Shown: piece after piece, positions 58,406-64,000 of the stretch
Numbering within the stretch: the stretch's first letter is position 1
How the letters are laid out: the number at the start of each line of letters is the position of its first letter
Origin: an uncultured Desulfovibrio sp.
GTDB lineage: Bacteria > Desulfobacterota > Desulfovibrionia > Desulfovibrionales > Desulfovibrionaceae
Assembly: GCA_913060505.1 (NCBI GenBank)
Contig: CAJXRQ010000013.1
Location: forward strand, 4,162 to 68,161
Direction of reading: 5' to 3'
DNA: 64,000 nt
The notes under the pieces: model-generated
The model's database searches: none
What the model saw: only the letters and a program-made list of their open reading frames with translations
Told to the model about the DNA's origin: nothing
Position numbers and translations under genes: made by a program

Positions 58406-58460
58406 ATACTTCCGCAAGGAATGATAACCATGCTACTACGAACAAAAAAGCGAGGGTTAT

Positions 58461-60413
58461 ATGAAATTGAAGCTTGGTCTTGGACAGCAACTCGTTCTGG
58501 TCAATGGCCTCATTGTATGCATTCTCATGATTGTTATTCTTGTTGCCGTCGATGGCGGTACACAAAAGCTTACACTCAGTCTCTCCCAAAGCACTTTGAA
58601 CGAAAACACAAAAAGTGTTGCCACAACACTGGACAAATGGCTTGACGAACGGATCCTGTTCCTGAAGCTTCTTTCCCACAGTCCGCTTATTGTCGAAGCC
58701 ACCGACGGAAAGGACTTTCAGCAGGCCACCGATTTCCTGCGCAAGGCAAAAGAGGATGACCCGTTTATCGAGTCGTTTTTCGTACATGACGCCAGCGGCG
58801 TATCCGTGGTGACCACAAATACGGGCGGTCGCGGAAAAAGCTACCGTTCGAAAGCATATTTCAATGCTTTGATAAATGAAGGCAAGGCAAAATACATCTC
58901 CGACATAACCCTCTCTCCGGTATCGCAAAAGCCCCGGCTGGTTTTGGCCGTGCCCATCAAGGAAGAGGGAAAAACCACCGGTTACGTGGGCATGTCCGTA
59001 TTGGCCAGCGCTTTCACCAAGGCATTCATTGATCCCATCAAGGTAGGAGAGTCCGGTTATTGCTATATTGTGGACCCGAAAGGAAAAATTCTGGCGCATC
59101 CGGACCGGAAGCTCATTCTCAGCGACTTCTCCAAATATGCATTCATCAAGGAAAGCTTGCGCCGCAAAAAGGGCTTTCTTGAGTACGACTGGAAAGGTGA
59201 AAACAAATACATGTCCTTTGCCGATGTGCCGTCCACGGGCTGGATTGTCTCGCTTTCGGTCACGGAAGCTGACCTCATGCACGAAGCGAGATTACTTCAA
59301 CATTTCCTGCTGATCGCCGGAATAATAGGGCTGGTGGCAACTGTCCTTATCATTTACTTCGCCATCCGAAGGATGGTTACGACTCCCCTGCACGCCCTTC
59401 AGGGTAAATTCATGGAACTGGCCGACGGAGAACTCAACCCCCATATTCAAGGACGCTTCTCCGCCGAGCTGGCAACCCTTCGGGATGCTTTCGTGACCAT
59501 GGTCGAACGATTTCTCGGAATTGTACTCACGGTCAAGGCGGCCGGAGAAAACGTTTCCGCCGGGGGAGAGGAACTCAATGCCGCAGCCCAGACTCTTTCG
59601 CAAGGGTCCACGGAGCAGGCTGCCGCCATTGAGGAGGTTTCCGCTTCCATAGAGGAAATGACGTCGAATATCACCCAGAACGCGGAAAACGCCACCAAAA
59701 CTGAGCGGCTGGCCATCAAGGCTGCGGAAGATGCGAAGGTCGGAGGAACCGCCGTTGAAGAAGCTGTTGAGGCAATGAAAAATATTGCCGAAAAAATCAC
59801 CATTATTGAAGAAATAGCCAGACAGACCAACCTGCTGGCCTTAAACGCAGCCATTGAAGCGGCCCGGGCCGGTGAACATGGCAAAGGATTTGCGGTCGTG
59901 GCGGCGGAAGTCCGAAAACTGGCGGAACGTAGTGGTGGTGCGGCAGCGGAAATCAGTGAAATATCGACTAAAAGCGTTGAGGTAGCAGAACAGGCCGGAA
60001 CCATGCTCAAACAATTGGTGCCGGACATTTCGGAAACAGCCGAGTTGGTTCAGGAAATATCTGTTGCTACCAATGAACAGCACTCCGGCGCGGAGCAGAT
60101 CAACAAAGCCGTTCAGGAATTGGACAAGGTTATCCAGTCAAATGCTTCCATGTCCGAAGAAGTGGCCTCCAGCGCCGAGGAACTCTCGGGGCAATCCATT
60201 CAGTTGCAGCAAACCATGTCCTTCTTCAAAACACATGCGCAAGACGAACGGACGTACAGCACAGGAGTTGCACCGGAAGCATCTGCCCGACCAACCACAG
60301 CAAAAACAACGCCCAGGCCCATTGCTGCGGCACAACCGAAAACACCAGCCTCGCAAGGCGGCGTTGCGCTGAATATCGGCGACTCGGACGAAGAGGACTT
60401 CGAGCGCTTCTAG
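58461..60413 (+). CDS. Methyl-accepting chemotaxis protein (dCache-HAMP-MCP)
   Basis: Two TMs, Cache motifs, [31 protein letters not shown]-terminal pentapeptide DFERF. Confidence 0.96.
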   Translation: MKLKLGLGQQLVLVNGLIVCILMIVILVAVDGGTQKLTLSLSQSTLNENTKSVATTLDKWLDERILFLKLLSHSPLIVEATDGKDFQQATDFLRKAKEDDPFIESFFVHDASGVSVVTTNTGGRGKSYRSKAYFNALINEGKAKYISDITLSPVSQKPRLVLAVPIKEEGKTTGYVGMSVLASAFTKAFIDPIKVGESGYCYIVDPKGKILAHPDRKLILSDFSKYAFIKESLRRKKGFLEYDWKGENKYMSFADVPSTGWIVSLSVTEADLMHEARLLQHFLLIAGIIGLVATVLIIYFAIRRMVTTPLHALQGKFMELADGELNPHIQGRFSAELATLRDAFVTMVERFLGIVLTVKAAGENVSAGGEELNAAAQTLSQGSTEQAAAIEEVSASIEEMTSNITQNAENATKTERLAIKAAEDAKVGGTAVEEAVEAMKNIAEKITIIEEIARQTNLLALNAAIEAARAGEHGKGFAVVAAEVRKLAERSGGAAAEISEISTKSVEVAEQAGTMLKQLVPDISETAELVQEISVATNEQHSGAEQINKAVQELDKVIQSNASMSEEVASSAEELSGQSIQLQQTMSFFKTHAQDERTYSTGVAPEASARPTTAKTTPRPIAAAQPKTPASQGGVALNIGDSDEEDFERF

Positions 60414-60462
60414 TTCCAGCAACAGGTTTCGACTTGCGACCAATCCACGCAAAGCGTATGTC

Positions 60463-60492
60463 AGGGGGCCGGACACCGGCCCCCTTTTTTTG
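60463..60492 (+). terminator. Terminator after the MCP
   Basis: AGGGGGCCGG-ACA-CCGGCCCCCT plus T-run. Confidence 0.85.
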
Positions 60493-60546
60493 CTTAGCGA
60501 AAAATCGTCAAAACCAGCCTATTCTTCATGGCACGGGAACACAAAT

Positions 60547-62478
60547 ATGGCGCTTGTAAGCCTCCAGAATATTTCCATCAACTATACGGGAACGCCACTT
60601 CTCGAAGGTGTCAATCTACAAATTGAACCTGGAGAACGCGTATGCCTTGTCGGGCGTAACGGCGAAGGAAAATCCACCCTTCTCTCCATCATCACTGGCG
60701 AAATTTCGCCGGATGCAGGAGAACGCGCCCTGAGCCAGGGAGTGCGCATCGCCATGTTACCTCAAAACGTGCCGAACGAACTGGACGGCACGGTATACGA
60801 TGTGGCTTGCTCTTCCCTGGGGGCCGTGGGCAAACATCTTGCCGATTACCACCGGGCTTCACTCGCATTGGAACAATCCACGGGTGAAGACCTTGAACTG
60901 GTAAGCCTGTTGGAAAAAGCCCAGCAGGTCATTGAAGATGACGATGCGTGGGGTGTGCACAGAACCGTGGAAACCGTTCTTTCCCATCTGCACCTTCAGG
61001 CTGCGGACGAATTCGATACGCTTTCCGGCGGCGTCAAACGCAGAGTGTTGCTTGCCAGAGCACTGGCATGCGAACCGGACCTGTTGGTACTGGATGAGCC
61101 GACCAACCATCTGGATATCGCATCCATCACCTGGCTTGAAGATTTTCTCAAACGCCAAACGCAGAGTTTATTATTCGTCACACATGACCGGACATTCCTG
61201 CGGGCACTGGCAACACGCATTGTGGAAATCGACCGCGGCACCTTATCCAATTGGGCGTGCGACTACGATACCTATATGCAGCGCAAGGAAGCTGCCCTTG
61301 AAGCTGAACAGGCGCAGAACGACAAATTCGACAAGAAGCTGGCCGAAGAGGAAAAATGGATTCGAAGCGGCATCAAGGCCCGACGCACAAGAAACATGGG
61401 CAGGGTCCGACAGTTGCGGGAACTGCGCAAGGAAAGGAGCACGCGCAGGGAACGCAAGGGACAGGCCGACATGGTCATTCAGGAGGCCGACCGCACCGGG
61501 AAAATGGTTGCGGAAATCAAGGGCCTCGGCTTTGCCTATGAAGGAAACCCTATCGTTAACGACTTCAGTGCGTTGATCATGCGCGGGGACAAAGTCGGAC
61601 TGGTCGGTCCCAACGGAGTTGGCAAAACAACCCTGCTCGGGCTGTTACTCAAAACGCTTGAACCGTTGCAGGGCTCTGTCCGCCACGGAGCAAATCTTGA
61701 AATCAGTTATTTCGACCAACACCGGGAACACCTCGACGAGACAAAAACCGCACGGGAAAATGTTGCCGAAGGCTCGGACTTCGTCGATATTAACGGAAAT
61801 CGCCGCCACGTGTTGGGATATCTCAAGGATTTCCTATTCACTCCAGACAGGGCGCAATTGCCGGTCAGTGTTCTTTCCGGCGGGGAGCGTAACAGATTGT
61901 TGCTGGCCAAGCTTTTCACCCGCCCTTCCAATGTTCTGGTCATGGACGAACCTACCAACGACCTCGACATGGAAACACTTGATCTACTGGAAGAAATTCT
62001 TCTCGATTACACAGGAACACTTTTGCTGGTAAGCCACGACAGAACATTCCTGAACAACGTGGCCACATCCACCATCGCTTTTGAAGGCAACGGCCGTGTC
62101 CGTGAATACGTTGGGGGCTATGACGACTGGCTCCGGCAACGTCCGCAACAGGAATCGGCAAAGCACAAGCCGCAGGCAAAAAAGGCCGCTCCCAAGCAGG
62201 AAACGGCCCAAGCAAAAAAGCTCAGCTACAAAGATAAATACCGGCTGCAACAATACCGCGAAGAACTGATAAAACTCCCGGAACGCATAGAACAGCTTGA
62301 ATCCGATATTGCCGTAAGGCACGAACGTCTGGCTGACCCGGACCTCTATCAGCAGGGGGGAGAAATCTTCAACAGCCTGCGCTATGAACTGGAAGAACTG
62401 GAGCGCAAGCTGGAAGAGACCTTTGCCCGTTGGGAATACCTGGAGCAGGCATTGGAAGGCGCGCCCGAAGAACTCTAG
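60547..62478 (+). CDS. uup: ABC-F family ATPase, Uup-like
   Basis: Two ABC domains (GRNGEGKST, GPNGVGKTT, LSGG, DEPTN), WIRSGIKARRTRN linker, C-terminal KKLSYK coiled coil. Confidence 0.88.
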   Translation: MALVSLQNISINYTGTPLLEGVNLQIEPGERVCLVGRNGEGKSTLLSIITGEISPDAGERALSQGVRIAMLPQNVPNELDGTVYDVACSSLGAVGKHLADYHRASLALEQSTGEDLELVSLLEKAQQVIEDDDAWGVHRTVETVLSHLHLQAADEFDTLSGGVKRRVLLARALACEPDLLVLDEPTNHLDIASITWLEDFLKRQTQSLLFVTHDRTFLRALATRIVEIDRGTLSNWACDYDTYMQRKEAALEAEQAQNDKFDKKLAEEEKWIRSGIKARRTRNMGRVRQLRELRKERSTRRERKGQADMVIQEADRTGKMVAEIKGLGFAYEGNPIVNDFSALIMRGDKVGLVGPNGVGKTTLLGLLLKTLEPLQGSVRHGANLEISYFDQHREHLDETKTARENVAEGSDFVDINGNRRHVLGYLKDFLFTPDRAQLPVSVLSGGERNRLLLAKLFTRPSNVLVMDEPTNDLDMETLDLLEEILLDYTGTLLLVSHDRTFLNNVATSTIAFEGNGRVREYVGGYDDWLRQRPQQESAKHKPQAKKAAPKQETAQAKKLSYKDKYRLQQYREELIKLPERIEQLESDIAVRHERLADPDLYQQGGEIFNSLRYELEELERKLEETFARWEYLEQALEGAPEEL

Positions 62479-62496
62479 GCAGGTTGAAACAGCGGT

Positions 62497-63123
62497 CTAG
62501 CGCGCCGACAGCTTGGGCCGCAAGTTATTCTCCAGTTTCTCAAAAACAGTCTGCACGGCCTTGCGCAGGCCTTCGACGACCGCTTCCGGAGATTTGCCTT
62601 TGAGGGGAACCCGTTCCTTGTAACGACCGGAAAACAAAACCGTATCGTCCTTGTGCGCGTCCAGCAGGAAGAACTGCATTTCAGCCACTCCATCCGCCTT
62701 TCCGTCGGAAAAATCAGCATACAGGGCGTTCACCATGCCCTCCAGAATAAAGTCGGACTGCACCAGGCTGGCATCGGCAACAACCTCCTTGGTCAAACCG
62801 GCAGCATCAATCCAGTGATGCAGATTCTGGCTGATCATATCCACGGGCGGCACAAAGAAAAGGTTGTAGAAATCGGATTCCATGCGGCCGCCGTCCATGC
62901 GATAAACAAGTTCCCGCCCGTCGTACAACGGAGATATCTGCATTCTTCGCACCAGCATCACGGTGTCCGGTACGGATACTTCGGAGGCTTCCGGTCGTTG
63001 TACCTCCAGATAGTAATGATGCTTTTCTACCGCCTTTTTTGACAACCCGGCACAACCGGCCAGCGAAGACAGACAAATGGCCAAAGCCAAAATCAAAATT
63101 ATATTCCGAACAATCAATTTCAT
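62497..63123 (-). CDS. ABC transport auxiliary (PqiC-like) lipoprotein
   Basis: Lipobox LAGC, YYL, LVYR..DFYNLF; follows an MCE gene. Confidence 0.8.
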   Translation of the reverse strand: MKLIVRNIILILALAICLSSLAGCAGLSKKAVEKHHYYLEVQRPEASEVSVPDTVMLVRRMQISPLYDGRELVYRMDGGRMESDFYNLFFVPPVDMISQNLHHWIDAAGLTKEVVADASLVQSDFILEGMVNALYADFSDGKADGVAEMQFFLLDAHKDDTVLFSGRYKERVPLKGKSPEAVVEGLRKAVQTVFEKLENNLRPKLSAR

Positions 63124-64000
63124 TTGCTTTCTCCCGGTTCGACCTTGTGAGGAGGTTGTCCGAAAATAACGCCGGAGGGATACCGTTTGGCTTCTTCACT
63201 CAATTCCTTGAGATTTTGCAAAAGCAGCCGAGCATCGCTCATGATGGCTTCAATATTTGTCTGCTGTCCCGCCATAACTCCATTGGCGCGGGAGAGTACG
63301 GCATGCAGCTTGCGTACAGCAGACCGCAAATCTTCGGATGCCTGGTTCACATTTTCAAAGGTGGAGGCTATCTTGTGCAACTGGTCATTCAGGGCCGGGT
63401 CCGCCACAACCTCTTCCACACGGCCGGTCGCATTGCGCAGGCTTTTCATGGCTGTCCGGGCATCATGCACAGTATCCACAAAATCGTTTTCCGAGGCTTC
63501 CACTATTCGCCGAACACCCGCTACGGTCCGTGCAGCCTCCGGTATGAGCTTTTCCACTGCCGGGTCTCGCAACAACTCGTTTACCCGCGCCAGCAAACGT
63601 TGGGTTTCCTGCAGATTGGCGATCAGAACCTTGCCAAGCTTCTTGACGTCCGCCTTGCGCAGGAACTGGGTGATGGCAGCGGAAATTTCCTTCACATCCG
63701 CAATGATGACCTCGATATCTTCCTTTTTCAACCCGCTCAAGAAACCACTGATACTGCTCAAGGCTGCTTCAAGCCTGTTCAAGGTGCTGGGAGCGGACGG
63801 TACATAGGCAAACTCTGGTTGCCATGAAATTTTCGGAGGCTTGTTGGTTTCCGGGTCAAGGTAATCCAGATTCAGATACAACTGCCCAGTGAGTCCAAGC
63901 GTAGTGGGCCGCACCCGCAATCCCCGCTTCACGTCCTGCTCCAGCATTTTCAAAAACTCTTGGTGAGTCTTGCTGCCAAGCTTACGCGGTTCCAATGCGC
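63120..64000 (-). CDS. MlaD/MCE-family protein (5' end outside the window)
   Basis: GLR..GLTGQLYLNLD, VPSAPS, long helical region, YPSGVIFG; frame open to the window edge. Confidence 0.85.
   Translation of the reverse strand, partial: ALEPRKLGSKTHQEFLKMLEQDVKRGLRVRPTTLGLTGQLYLNLDYLDPETNKPPKISWQPEFAYVPSAPSTLNRLEAALSSISGFLSGLKKEDIEVIIADVKEISAAITQFLRKADVKKLGKVLIANLQETQRLLARVNELLRDPAVEKLIPEAARTVAGVRRIVEASENDFVDTVHDARTAMKSLRNATGRVEEVVADPALNDQLHKIASTFENVNQASEDLRSAVRKLHAVLSRANGVMAGQQTNIEAIMSDARLLLQNLKELSEEAKRYPSGVIFGQPPHKVEPGESK

Noticed and set aside
1-64000. tRNA, rRNA, CRISPR array, IS elements
   Set aside because: No cloverleafs, regularly spaced repeats or transposase ORFs seen by eye; small RNAs could have been missed without a covariance-model search.

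Overview
Core-chromosome window from a sulfate-reducing Desulfovibrionaceae bacterium (inferred from the hdrCBA-flxDCBA cluster, the alternative haem pathway ahbC-hemB-ahbD-ahbA and the gene orders). Left to right: a large secreted TPR protein (partial) behind a sigma-54 activator with no sensor domain; an FAD oxidoreductase; a mini flagellar-rod-like protein; folE2, nikR and a methyltransferase; gcvH-gcvPA-gcvPB-lpdA; hdrCBA-flxDCBA; an isolated phage-type switch (CI-like repressor divergent from a two-domain phage-regulator-like gene); a ClC protein; an EF-G paralog; plsC-rnj; rpsB-tsf-pyrH-frr-uppS-cdsA-dxr-rseP-tsaB; a DnaA-family gene with an altered DNA-binding signature and a 600-bp AT-rich, repeat-bearing upstream region; thyX; fliC-fliD-fliS flanked by three glycosyltransferases; haem genes, rpe, an MCP, an ABC-F ATPase and part of an MCE/Pqi system. 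I saw no tRNA, rRNA, CRISPR array, IS element or intact prophage. Best leads: (1) the stand-alone phage-like switch at 20.8-22.2 kb, (2) the non-canonical DnaA with its repeat region at 38.4-40.4 kb, (3) the PflA-like TPR scaffold and sensor-less activator at 1-4.4 kb. All calls come from motifs read by eye; no database search was run.
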